A program made the translations under genes and the position numbers. A stretch of DNA of 64,000 nucleotides from a virus. The notes beneath the pieces are model-generated. The model saw nothing but the letters and a program-made list of their open reading frames with translations. It searched no databases and had not been told where the DNA came from. Positions 48,613-58,066 of this stretch are shown in pieces; position 1 is the first letter of the stretch; each line of letters starts with the position of its first letter. Where the stretch lies: IMG/VR virus record IMGVR_UViG_3300011116_001048, positions 32,001 to 96,000 of that record. One strand, written 5' to 3'.

Positions 48613-50073
48613 ATGGATAAATTTAAAAAATATTTTAATATAGACGAATCTGCAGAACCACAAGCAGAACCACCTGTATTAGAAAGAGTGGTACCCATTC
48701 CCGGTCCACAAGGACCAAGAGGTCCTGTTGGCCCACCCGGACCTCCGGGCGAAGACGGCTGGGCAGGCCCACAAGGCGAGCGTGGTCCTGTTGGCCCTCA
48801 AGGCCCTCAAGGCATACCCGGTCCCAAAGGCGATAAAGGTGATAAGGGTGATACAGGCGAAACCGGTTGGCCCGGTGATAAGGGCGAACCCGGCATTCAA
48901 GGCGAACCCGGTCTTATGGGACCTCAAGGACCTAAAGGCGAACGTGGAGAACCCGGCCCCCAAGGACCCCAAGGCGTTCCCGGTGTAAACGGTAAAGACG
49001 GTGCTCAAGGACCAAAAGGTGAACAAGGTATTCGAGGCGAACGTGGGCCTCAAGGACCTCAAGGAGTTCCCGGTGTAAACGGTAAAGATGGTGCTCAAGG
49101 ACCAAAAGGAAAACAAGGACCGCAAGGAAAACAAGGACCTCAAGGACTACAAGGACCACAAGGACCTCAAGGCCCAGAAGGCCCGCAAGGACCACAGGGC
49201 CCTCAAGGCGAACCGGGAATCGTTTCTGCTAACTATCCTTTAGTATTAGAACAGGGCGAGCTTTCTTTTGATGGGTCTAAATTTAAACAAGACATTACCA
49301 GTTTAATAAAAACAAAGCTGGATGCTCAAACTGTAGCTCAAAACTTCCAATGGCTGAATACCGGTTCGGTTGGTGGTGGTGCTGTTGGAATTTATAAAGA
49401 TAAAGCCAGAATAATAAAATCTGTAAACGATTTAAATTTTGTTGGTAATAATATAACAGTTACCCGTAAAGGTAAACAAGTAGACGTTTCAGTTAGTAGT
49501 GAAATTACTGGAGATTATGTTAAATACGTAAACGGTCTTATTGGTGCGGTCACATTAGCAGCAGGACCAAACATATCATTAACCACAAATAATAATACTA
49601 TTACTGTTGCCAGTAGTCCTGGATTTACATACACTTCAGAAACACCGGTGTATACTCCTACAGTTGGTGATCGTTGGATGGATTCTGATACTGGTGTGGA
49701 ATACGTTTGGGTAGACGATGGTACCAGTACACAATGGATTCAACCAACTAACACAGCACAAGGCAGCGCATCTAAAGTTTCCATACTACAAACAGTTTCT
49801 ATAACCGGAGCCACTTACGCAGCCACTGCATTGGACTACTATATTGGTGTGAGTTACGCTGGTCAGTCCGTAATCACGCTTCCTGCTGCTCCAGAAGCTG
49901 GTCGAGAAATGGTGGTTAAGGACGAATCGGGCCATGCTGGCGATAATATTAATCGCTGGATTACTATTTGTGGAGCCAGCCCAACCAAGATAGACAACCA
50001 AGACACTGCCGTACTAAACATAAGTAACGGTGGTCTTCACTTCATATACAACAACGGATGGAGAATTATATGA
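48613..50073 (+). CDS. Collagen-like fibre protein
   Basis: About 57 uninterrupted G-X-Y triplets, then a V..VNG..G.V motif, a GDRW module and a C-terminal DYY.GV......TLP...GR...VKDESG domain. Confidence 0.85.
   Translation: MDKFKKYFNIDESAEPQAEPPVLERVVPIPGPQGPRGPVGPPGPPGEDGWAGPQGERGPVGPQGPQGIPGPKGDKGDKGDTGETGWPGDKGEPGIQGEPGLMGPQGPKGERGEPGPQGPQGVPGVNGKDGAQGPKGEQGIRGERGPQGPQGVPGVNGKDGAQGPKGKQGPQGKQGPQGLQGPQGPQGPEGPQGPQGPQGEPGIVSANYPLVLEQGELSFDGSKFKQDITSLIKTKLDAQTVAQNFQWLNTGSVGGGAVGIYKDKARIIKSVNDLNFVGNNITVTRKGKQVDVSVSSEITGDYVKYVNGLIGAVTLAAGPNISLTTNNNTITVASSPGFTYTSETPVYTPTVGDRWMDSDTGVEYVWVDDGTSTQWIQPTNTAQGSASKVSILQTVSITGATYAATALDYYIGVSYAGQSVITLPAAPEAGREMVVKDESGHAGDNINRWITICGASPTKIDNQDTAVLNISNGGLHFIYNNGWRII
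48703..49218 (+). repeat. Collagen G-X-Y repeat tract
   Basis: Continuous Gly at every third codon, with an internal duplication of [22 protein letters not shown]. Confidence 0.95.
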
Positions 50074-51305
50074 GTTACCTGTTTAACAATAAAGTGGGAT
50101 TTGTGGATAATGCGGTGGACGCGTTTAATCGTCTCCGAGTTTCTACGGAATTTACACTTTTTGACAGCCAAAATCGTTACCAAGCCAATGATAAGTGGGA
50201 CACGTTTGGTGTAACAGGCGGCACTGCTGAATACGTTTTGAACGAAAGTGCTATTAATCTGATTGTGGGAACCACAGTAGGTTCCAAACTAACCAAAGAA
50301 ACCAAGCGTGTGTTTCCGTATCAACCGGGTAAATCACTACTGATACTGAATACTTTTGCCATGGCTACGCCAGTAGACGGTGTACGTCAGCGTGTAGGAT
50401 ACTTTGGTATAACCGGTGGTGCCACTGCTGGTGTTCCGTATAACGGAATTTATTTAGAACAAGACGGAATCACGTTAAGTATTGTTTTAGAATCTGCTTC
50501 ACTAAACACCACAACCCGTGTAAATCAGACCGCATGGAACGGAGACACGTTTAACGGACTGGGAGCTTCAGGCAGAAGTCTAAACGTGACCAAAGGTAAC
50601 ATATTCTGGATGGACATTGAATGGTTAGGTGTAGGCGATGTCCGTACCGGATTCTTTGTTGACGGAAAACCGGTAGTGGCCCACACGTTCCATAATGATA
50701 ATGAAAACTCAACCACGTATATGACTACTGCGTGTCTGCCTATTCGTTACGAGATAGAAACCACTAAAGCACAAGCGTCCAGTCATACCATGAAACAGAT
50801 TTGTTCCAGCGTTATTTCAGACGGTGGATACGAAGGGTTTAGTCGCAGATACAACGTTTCTTCGGATGGAGATTTAATTACCATGGGAACCGCAAAGGTG
50901 TATTATCCCCTAGTGTCTATCCGATTAAATCCTAACAGACTGGACTCTATTATTGTTCCGTCTAATATCTCTATGGTATTAAACGGCCAACAATGGGTTC
51001 ACTACCGTGTTGTATTAAACGGAACGTTTACTGGAGGAACCCCGGTTTGGAGTACCCACTACAACGGAAATGTAGACTATATTGTTCACACCGCCGGAAC
51101 TTTAGGTTTAACTGGAGCAACAGACATTATCGGCGGTTATATCAGTTCTAGTAGTTCCGTGATTGATATTAATTCTGCTTCAAACTTTAATTTTCAGCTA
51201 GGCCGTACTCAGACAGGAGTTAGTGATGTGTTGACCATAGTAGCAGCAGGAAGTTCTAACAATGCTGGTGTTGGTGTAGACTTGTCTTGGTTCGAGATCG
51301 TATAA
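50070..51305 (+). CDS. Putative virion structural protein (beta-rich)
   Basis: ATGA-coupled to the collagen gene. DAFNRLRVS...LFD, YQPGKSL, GV.QRVG.F, W.D.EWLGVG.VR.GF and T..LP.RYEI; lies between two fibre genes. Confidence 0.55.
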   Translation: MSYLFNNKVGFVDNAVDAFNRLRVSTEFTLFDSQNRYQANDKWDTFGVTGGTAEYVLNESAINLIVGTTVGSKLTKETKRVFPYQPGKSLLILNTFAMATPVDGVRQRVGYFGITGGATAGVPYNGIYLEQDGITLSIVLESASLNTTTRVNQTAWNGDTFNGLGASGRSLNVTKGNIFWMDIEWLGVGDVRTGFFVDGKPVVAHTFHNDNENSTTYMTTACLPIRYEIETTKAQASSHTMKQICSSVISDGGYEGFSRRYNVSSDGDLITMGTAKVYYPLVSIRLNPNRLDSIIVPSNISMVLNGQQWVHYRVVLNGTFTGGTPVWSTHYNGNVDYIVHTAGTLGLTGATDIIGGYISSSSSVIDINSASNFNFQLGRTQTGVSDVLTIVAAGSSNNAGVGVDLSWFEIV

Positions 51306-51308
51306 ATA
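51301..51308 (+). promoter_or_regulatory. Late promoter TATAAATA upstream of the long fibre gene
   Basis: Exact consensus, 10 nt before the ATG at 51319; no RBS. Confidence 0.7.
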
Positions 51309-51318
51309 CCTTTAATCT

Positions 51319-54150
51319 ATGCCATTAAATTTTCCATCTAATCCTGCTGTAAACGAACCGTACACTTTTGGTGGTCGTACGTGGATCTGGAACGGTTCTG
51401 CATGGGATTCGTATAACACTGCAGTTACTGGTCCTACTGGTCCTATTGGATTCACCGGAGCTACGGGTCCAACAGGTCCAACAGGAGCTACGGGTCCTAC
51501 TGGTCCTATTGGATTCACCGGAGCTACGGGTCCAACAGGTCCAACAGGAGCTACGGGTCCTACTGGTCCTATTGGATTCACCGGAGCTACGGGTCCAACA
51601 GGTCCAACAGGATTGCAAGGAAACACTGGGGCAACTGGTCCTGTAGGTGATTACGTAATATCGCTTAATGGATTAACTGGTATACTTTCGCTCCTAGCGT
51701 CCACAGGAATAAGTGTTGCTGCAGCCGAAAAAGGAATTACGTTTATTAATACCGGTGTACTGAATTTTAATGGTTTAACTGGTGCTGTAACAGGAATTAC
51801 ACAAATTAATTCTGGATCAGGTATCTTAATATCTGGAACCACCAATCCAACTATAACAAACACTGGTGTTACCGGATTTAACGGTTTAACCGGAGCAGTG
51901 TCTGGTGTAACTGCAGTAAATGCTGGTACAGGTATCAGCGTATCAGGCACTACCAATCCTACCGTAACCAATACTGGTGTATTGAGTTTTAATACACTAA
52001 CCGGAGCAGTAACAGGCGTAACACAAATAAACGCTGGATCGGGTGTACAGATAACAGGTACTACCAATCCTACAATTACTAATACTGGCGTTACAGGATT
52101 TAACGGAGCAACAGGAAATGTTACTGGAGTTACTGGAGTTGCGGCAGGTACCGGTATCAGTATATCCGGTTCCACCAATCCTACAATTACCAATACGGGT
52201 GTTCAGTCATTCAATGGTCTCACAGGAGCAGTATCTGGTGTTACCACATCCGTAGCTAATACCTTTACCGCACTTCAAACATTCAATACAGGTATAACTT
52301 CTGCTGGTGCCACATTTAACGGCAACGTGGCCATGACCAGCACTTCGTCCCATACAGGTCTTGCGTCCTTTGCTGGTGGTATTAGTGCTTCTGGTGGTAT
52401 CACGTTTACAGGAACAATAAACGGACTTCGATTAACCGCTTTTGGTACAGACAATACTATAATCGGAGCAACAGGAGCAGGTATTGCCTTAACCACAGGA
52501 ACAGACAACTTCTTTGGTGGGGCACGAGCAGGAGATGCAGTAACAACAGGTAGTAGAAACGTTGCTATAGGTACTGATGCGTTGGGCGGGACTACTGGAG
52601 CATCCGATACAGTAGCTATAGGATATAATGCTCTGTTAGTAAATAGAGCAGACGGTGCGGTAGCTATAGGATCCAATGCACTAAAAAGTTTAACAACGGG
52701 AACGGAAAATTTTGCATTAGGTTTTAATGCTGGAGCCGCAATCAATACGGGCAGTAGAAACGTGGCAATGGGTGCGTATGCGTTAGCACAAGCCACAACA
52801 GTAAATGATTGTGTGGCAATAGGACGTTATGCTCTAAACTATAAAACTGGTAGTGGCGACCATTGTGTTGCTATAGGTCCCGGTTCTATGTTATACGCAA
52901 CATCGGCGTCTAATTGCGTTGCTGTTGGTGGTGCTTCACAAAGAGGTAGTGATCTGGTAACAGGTACGTATAATTCGTCTATCGGTTACGGGTCAATGCT
53001 TAATATAATAAGCGGTAACTACAATACCGCCGTAGGTTACAATTCATTATACAGTTTAACCGGCGGTTCAGAAAACATTGCTTTTGGTGGCGAAGCTTTG
53101 GTGGCTTTAACAAACACAGGAAAAAATACTGCTGTAGGTCAAGTTGCTTTACGAAACATTACCACAGGTAATTCTAATACTGCTATAGGATATGGTGCTG
53201 GTCAATACAAAACTTCGTCAGATACCAATCATACTTTATCTGGTGATGCAAACGTGTATATTGGGTTTCAAGCTAGAGCCAGTGGAGACAATGTTACTAA
53301 TGAAGTAGTTATAGGCGGCAATAAACCTGTTGGTTCTGGTTCTAATACTACAACTATTGGTAATTCTTCTACAACATTAACTCAACTGTTTGGCAAAATT
53401 AGTACTGCCCAAGGTATCAGTGCTTCTGGTGGTATCACATTTCAGGATACTATTTCACTAAACGGACAAACATTTACAAATGTGGTTTCTTCTGTGAATG
53501 GTTTAACAGGAGCACTTGCTAATCTATCTGCACCGGCGGGGCTCACTTCATCTACTGCGGTATATACGTTTCCTAACGGAGTGACTGCTTACAGTGCAAG
53601 TAGCACACCGTATTACACTTCTCCGTATTTTGGTTCTCGTTCTGTTAGTACTAGCACACTAACACCAAACAGAACTTATTTTGTTTTACATCAAGCACCA
53701 CGAGCGATATCTTTGAAGAATATAAGAATAGCCGCAAATTCGCCTTCAGTTGCTATGAACTTATATCTAAGTGTATGGACTGTGAATCCTTTAACAGGGT
53801 TACCACAATCTAGATTGTACGTATCTGGAGGACTAACGGCCAATGCTAGTACTTTTAACTATGTAACAGTAACAAATGCTTCAGGATTAGTTAGCGTGCC
53901 TGCAGGTCCATTTTATATGGCAGTAACAGTCAGTAATTCGCTTCCCACGTACGCACACAGTAACGATAGATCGATAAATCTTTACGGATCCGATAATTAC
54001 GTAACCGGTTATCAGAATTACGCTCCTGTTTTAGACACTGATGGATTTACTGCCCCAACCAGTATCACTCAAGCAGGAACAACATTTGCTTTCGTTAATT
54101 ATATTAATGCTGTGGCACCTACTCCAGTGATGGAGTGGAACCACGTATAA
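51319..54150 (+). CDS. Long tail-fibre/adhesin with Thr-rich collagen segment, 37-aa repeats and beta-roll (YadA-head-like) repeats
   Basis: N-terminal FP.NP..N..YT.G.RTW.WNG..W; a GPT/GAT collagen tract; NTGV..FNG.TG.V repeats; and about 14-residue N.AIG..AL repeats. Confidence 0.85.
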   Translation: MPLNFPSNPAVNEPYTFGGRTWIWNGSAWDSYNTAVTGPTGPIGFTGATGPTGPTGATGPTGPIGFTGATGPTGPTGATGPTGPIGFTGATGPTGPTGLQGNTGATGPVGDYVISLNGLTGILSLLASTGISVAAAEKGITFINTGVLNFNGLTGAVTGITQINSGSGILISGTTNPTITNTGVTGFNGLTGAVSGVTAVNAGTGISVSGTTNPTVTNTGVLSFNTLTGAVTGVTQINAGSGVQITGTTNPTITNTGVTGFNGATGNVTGVTGVAAGTGISISGSTNPTITNTGVQSFNGLTGAVSGVTTSVANTFTALQTFNTGITSAGATFNGNVAMTSTSSHTGLASFAGGISASGGITFTGTINGLRLTAFGTDNTIIGATGAGIALTTGTDNFFGGARAGDAVTTGSRNVAIGTDALGGTTGASDTVAIGYNALLVNRADGAVAIGSNALKSLTTGTENFALGFNAGAAINTGSRNVAMGAYALAQATTVNDCVAIGRYALNYKTGSGDHCVAIGPGSMLYATSASNCVAVGGASQRGSDLVTGTYNSSIGYGSMLNIISGNYNTAVGYNSLYSLTGGSENIAFGGEALVALTNTGKNTAVGQVALRNITTGNSNTAIGYGAGQYKTSSDTNHTLSGDANVYIGFQARASGDNVTNEVVIGGNKPVGSGSNTTTIGNSSTTLTQLFGKISTAQGISASGGITFQDTISLNGQTFTNVVSSVNGLTGALANLSAPAGLTSSTAVYTFPNGVTAYSASSTPYYTSPYFGSRSVSTSTLTPNRTYFVLHQAPRAISLKNIRIAANSPSVAMNLYLSVWTVNPLTGLPQSRLYVSGGLTANASTFNYVTVTNASGLVSVPAGPFYMAVTVSNSLPTYAHSNDRSINLYGSDNYVTGYQNYAPVLDTDGFTAPTSITQAGTTFAFVNYINAVAPTPVMEWNHV
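51430..51612 (+). repeat. Perfect 63-bp tandem repeat, about 2.9 copies ([21 protein letters not shown])
   Basis: Units start at 51430, 51493 and 51556 and are identical at the nucleotide level. Confidence 0.95.
51748..52250 (+). repeat. Degenerate 111-bp (37-aa) repeat, four copies plus a partial fifth
   Basis: Unit NTGV..FNG.TG.V.GVT....G.G..I.G.TNPT.T; unit 1 starts at 51748 and the fifth at 52192. Confidence 0.9.
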
Positions 54151-54160
54151 AGGAGATTTT

Positions 54161-54496
54161 ATGGACGTAATGATTCATACAATTTACGATGAAGACACAG
54201 GAGAAACTGTAATTATCGATAAAAGACATTTTTATCGGTGTGTAGACCATCAGCTTCAAATTATTCGTGAACAAGCCAAAACTCTTATTCTTGAAGCCGC
54301 ACCAGAATACAAACAACGAAATGCTGCTTTAGGACTGTTATCTTCAGAAGAAATAGAAGAAATTAAAACAAAGATTCAAAATATTCGTACCGTTTCAAAT
54401 CAAAAAGAACAGGAAATTTTATCTGTTGTTTGGGATGGAACAGAAAACACCAGACCGGCAGCATGTGATGCGGTACAATCGGTAAGATGGGATTAA
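54161..54496 (+). CDS. Small protein after the fibre gene, possibly a tail-fibre assembly chaperone
   Basis: AAGGAG RBS; helical I...A...I....P.YKQ.N..LG......I..IR..SN..E pattern typical of fibre-adjacent genes. Confidence 0.5.
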   Translation: MDVMIHTIYDEDTGETVIIDKRHFYRCVDHQLQIIREQAKTLILEAAPEYKQRNAALGLLSSEEIEEIKTKIQNIRTVSNQKEQEILSVVWDGTENTRPAACDAVQSVRWD

Positions 54497-54500
54497 TTAT

Positions 54501-54529
54501 TTGACTTTGTTATTTTTTTAATGTATACT
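54501..54529 (+). promoter_or_regulatory. Near-consensus sigma70 promoter upstream of dut
   Basis: TTGACT-17 nt-TATACT with TG immediately before the -10; the ATG is 7 nt after the -10. Confidence 0.8.
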
Positions 54530-54536
54530 ATGACAA

Positions 54537-55055
54537 ATGCTGAAATACTATAAAGTCCATCCAGACGCACAACCACCAGTATTTGCAACCCCCGGATCTG
54601 CATGTTTTGATCTGAAGGCGTATCTGGGAAATGATATTTTTCAGGTGCGTGGATATTGCCAGAACAACCGTGAGTGTAATGTGGCCATTCACCAGACCAC
54701 TGAAGACCGTTACGTAAAGATTGAACCGGGTCAACGTATTCTGGTTCCTACTGGTCTTGTATTTGATATCCCCGAAGGATACTCTGTGCGTGTTCACGCC
54801 CGTTCTGGTCTGGCGTTGAAGCAAGGTCTAGTAATGGCTAATGCTGAAGGTATCATTGATTGGGATTACGTGGAACAAACCCATATTATGGTTCTGAATG
54901 TTTCAAACGAAAATTTGTTTGTCCATAATGGCGAACGTATTGCTCAAGGTGAACTGGTTCCTGTACTACAGTACAGTATTGAACCCACCGAAACAAAGCC
55001 CGAGCAAAAGACCAGTCGTAGTGGTGGTTTTGGATCAACAGGAGTACACGGATGA
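54537..55055 (+). CDS. dut: Trimeric dUTPase
   Basis: The dUTPase motifs are present: GSACFDL, RSGLA, GIID.DY, G.RIAQ and R.GGFGSTG. Confidence 0.95.
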   Translation: MLKYYKVHPDAQPPVFATPGSACFDLKAYLGNDIFQVRGYCQNNRECNVAIHQTTEDRYVKIEPGQRILVPTGLVFDIPEGYSVRVHARSGLALKQGLVMANAEGIIDWDYVEQTHIMVLNVSNENLFVHNGERIAQGELVPVLQYSIEPTETKPEQKTSRSGGFGSTGVHG

Positions 55056-55372
55056 CGCGAGACGACCTAATTCGTAATCACGAGATGCTGTGCAATACCG
55101 CCCGTGAATTGATGAAGAAAAAAAATGCAGATTACGCAGGTCGAAACGGTGTAGAGCCGTTTGCTAATTTTACCCGCGTGGAAGCCATGGGTATTTGCCC
55201 AACCGAAGTAGGATTTTTGGTCCGTGTAACCGACAAGATGAGCCGCCTATCTTCGTTTATGGAATCGGGCAAACTTGAGGTTGCCAACGAGTCTTTTGAG
55301 GATACAATAGTAGACGTGATTAACTACATGGTGCTACTACACTCGTATCTAAAAGACAAAAAGCATGGCTGA
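55052..55372 (+). CDS. DUF1599/Nmad1-like alpha-helical nucleotide-modification-associated protein
   Basis: KKN.DYA.....F.NF ... R..DK..RL ... NES.EDT..D.INY.VL. Confidence 0.7.
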   Translation: MTRDDLIRNHEMLCNTARELMKKKNADYAGRNGVEPFANFTRVEAMGICPTEVGFLVRVTDKMSRLSSFMESGKLEVANESFEDTIVDVINYMVLLHSYLKDKKHG

Positions 55373-57935
55373 ATTTTACACTGCTGTACACTGTTTCGGT
55401 GATACCATTGCCGAGATTTATTATAAGGATGGGAAGCGGTACACACGGAAGACGCAGTTTCTTCCGTCGCTGTACGCTCCATCACTAACCAAGGCAACTC
55501 CGTGGAGATCCCTGGAAGGTCTTCCTCTAGACGAGTTCTGCCCCGGTTCTATCTCTGAATGTAAAGACACCATTGAGCAATACTCTAACGTGGCCAACTT
55601 CCAGATCTACGGTAATACCGACTGGACCGCACAGTATATTGCCAAAACGTATCCCGGAGAAGTGGAATACGATTACAAGGCTCTTCGTATCGGATTCTTA
55701 GACATTGAGACCGAATCGGAAGACGGATTCCCGTCTATCTCCGATCCCAACGAACGCATCAACGCTATTACCATTGAGACAGACGGTAAGCGTGTCTCGT
55801 TTGCTCTACACGAGTTTGACCTGCCCGGTGTGGAGTGCCATGTGTTTGGAGACGAACGCAGCATGCTTCGGGCATTCTTGGAGTATTGGGAGCTACACTA
55901 TCCTGATATCATTACGGGATGGAACATCCGATTCTTTGATATTCCGTACATCTACGGGCGTATTGCTAAACTGTTTGACGAGAAGACCGCCAAGCGGCTG
56001 TCTCCGTTCAAGAAGATCCAAGAAAAGATTATTAACCGTAAGGGTAAAGACCATACGGTATTTGATCTGCTGGGTGTGGCTACTCTGGACTACTACGAAC
56101 TGTACATCAAGTTTACGTACACCAATCGTGAGTCGTACGCTCTAAACCATATCGCTCAGGTAGAACTGGGTGAGAGGAAGCTGGACTATACCGAACACGA
56201 CAGTATTCGTGAGTTCTACACCAACGACTTTCAGAAGTTTATGGAGTACAACTCTCATGACGTTACTCTGGTCCAGAAACTAGACAAGAAGCTGAAACTG
56301 CTAGAACTGGTTGTGGCTCTGGCGTACAATGCCAAAGTTAATTTCACAGACACGTTCAGTCAGGTTAAGACGTGGGACTGTATCATCTACCATCACCTCC
56401 ACTCCAAGGGTGTCGTGATCCCACTAAAGCCCCAAGCAGAAGAGAAGGCCCAGCAGTTTGAAGGTGCGTATGTGAAAGATCCTCAGGTGGGCATGCACAA
56501 CTGGATTGTGTCGTTTGACTTGGATTCGTTGTATCCCCATCTTATTATGGGTTTTAATATTTCTCCAGAAACCAAGGATAAGTTGGGTAAAAGAAATACT
56601 TTAAGCCCGGATTATATTCTTAATCCAGAATCTGAAGAGGCTGGCAAGCAATTTATTCGTTATCAAGACCATTACGAATATGCCAAAAAACATAACACCA
56701 CTATTGCGGCTAATGGTGTGTATTTTACACGGGCCAAGCAAGGCTTTTTGCCTGAACTGATGGAAACCATGTACGGTGAGCGTAAGCTGTACAAGGAAAA
56801 GATGTTGGATGCCAAGAGAGAACTAAAGGCTCTGCCTGATACTGCATCTCAGGCAGAACGAGATCGATTAGAGTTTGATATAACCAAATACCATAACTTT
56901 CAATTGGTCCGTAAGATTCAGCTAAACTCTGCTTTTGGAACAGTGGGAAATCCTTATTTTAGGTTTTACGATATTGATTGTGCAGAAGCCATAACTGTTT
57001 CCGGTAAACTGGCAATTCGTTGGATTGAACAAGAATTAAACAAGTACCTGAACAAAATGGCCGGTACCACAGACGTAGACTTTGTGGTGGCTTCAGATAC
57101 CGATTCGGTGTACTTATGTCTGGATAAAGTTGTGCAAAAGATTTTTACCAAGCCTGCTACCAATCAAAAAATCACCACAACTTTGGAAAAGTTATGTAAG
57201 GACAAGATTGAACCGTTTATTGCAGACAGCTACGAGAAGTTGGCCACGCGTGTAAACGCATACGCCCAGAAAATGCGTATGAAGCGTGAAAGTATTTGCA
57301 GCAAGGGTATCTGGACCGCCAAAAAGAGGTATATGCTTAATGTGATGATGGGCGAAGACGGAGTACTACTCAAAGAACCAGAACTCAAGATCATGGGTAT
57401 TGAAACCGCACGGTCCAGTACACCACAGATTGTACGTCAGGCTCTGAAGACCGCAATAGGTCTGATTATGAATCAGGGTGAGGCTGCTGTCAAACAGTTT
57501 GTTCAAACGTTTCAAGACCAGTTTAACGCTGCACCTGTGGAAGAGATTGCGTTTCCACGATCTGTTACAGGTATGGAAAAGTATTCGTGCAAGACTAATG
57601 TGTACAAGAAGTCTACACCCATTGCTGTCAAAGGTTCGCTACTGTTTAACCATTTCTTAACAAAGCATGGGCTGGATAAAAAATACCGGTTAATTGGTGA
57701 AGCAGATAAAATTAAATTTATTTACCTGAAAGAACCTAATCCACTTTCACACGTAAGTGGAAAAGAACAAGTTATTTCGTTTATGAACCAGATTCCTAAG
57801 GAACTCCACCTAGATAAGTACGTGAACCGGGATCTACAATTTGAAAAATCTTTCAAAGAGCCCTTGAAAACCATTTTAGATGTGCTATACTGGAGTATTG
57901 AAAACCAGCCGACGCTGGAAGACTTTTTTGTGTAA
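55365..57935 (+). CDS. gp43: Family B DNA polymerase gp43
   Basis: Exonuclease motifs DIET and GWN...FDIPY; polymerase motifs SFDLDSLYP, K..LNS.FG and DTDS; KKRY and KIMGIE..RSSTP. Confidence 0.98.
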   Translation: MAEFYTAVHCFGDTIAEIYYKDGKRYTRKTQFLPSLYAPSLTKATPWRSLEGLPLDEFCPGSISECKDTIEQYSNVANFQIYGNTDWTAQYIAKTYPGEVEYDYKALRIGFLDIETESEDGFPSISDPNERINAITIETDGKRVSFALHEFDLPGVECHVFGDERSMLRAFLEYWELHYPDIITGWNIRFFDIPYIYGRIAKLFDEKTAKRLSPFKKIQEKIINRKGKDHTVFDLLGVATLDYYELYIKFTYTNRESYALNHIAQVELGERKLDYTEHDSIREFYTNDFQKFMEYNSHDVTLVQKLDKKLKLLELVVALAYNAKVNFTDTFSQVKTWDCIIYHHLHSKGVVIPLKPQAEEKAQQFEGAYVKDPQVGMHNWIVSFDLDSLYPHLIMGFNISPETKDKLGKRNTLSPDYILNPESEEAGKQFIRYQDHYEYAKKHNTTIAANGVYFTRAKQGFLPELMETMYGERKLYKEKMLDAKRELKALPDTASQAERDRLEFDITKYHNFQLVRKIQLNSAFGTVGNPYFRFYDIDCAEAITVSGKLAIRWIEQELNKYLNKMAGTTDVDFVVASDTDSVYLCLDKVVQKIFTKPATNQKITTTLEKLCKDKIEPFIADSYEKLATRVNAYAQKMRMKRESICSKGIWTAKKRYMLNVMMGEDGVLLKEPELKIMGIETARSSTPQIVRQALKTAIGLIMNQGEAAVKQFVQTFQDQFNAAPVEEIAFPRSVTGMEKYSCKTNVYKKSTPIAVKGSLLFNHFLTKHGLDKKYRLIGEADKIKFIYLKEPNPLSHVSGKEQVISFMNQIPKELHLDKYVNRDLQFEKSFKEPLKTILDVLYWSIENQPTLEDFFV

Positions 57936-57980
57936 GGGCACACATATGGACCTGTCAACCCTGGTATTTTTGGTTATTAT

Positions 57981-58000
57981 TGTGATATTTTGTGATATTT
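57981..58000. repeat. Tandem 10-bp direct repeat TGTGATATTT x2 in the gp43-spike intergenic region
   Basis: Sequence tgtgatattt tgtgatattt. Confidence 0.6.
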
Positions 58001-58066
58001 TAGAAAAATGGATGAATAAAGAGTAAACATATATAAGTGTATACACATTTATGAGGAACCCGCAGC

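Noticed and set aside
51430-51612. Possible CRISPR or mini-array
   Set aside because: The repeats are contiguous with no unique spacers and are in-frame collagen coding sequence. The same applies to the 60-bp repeat at 13736.
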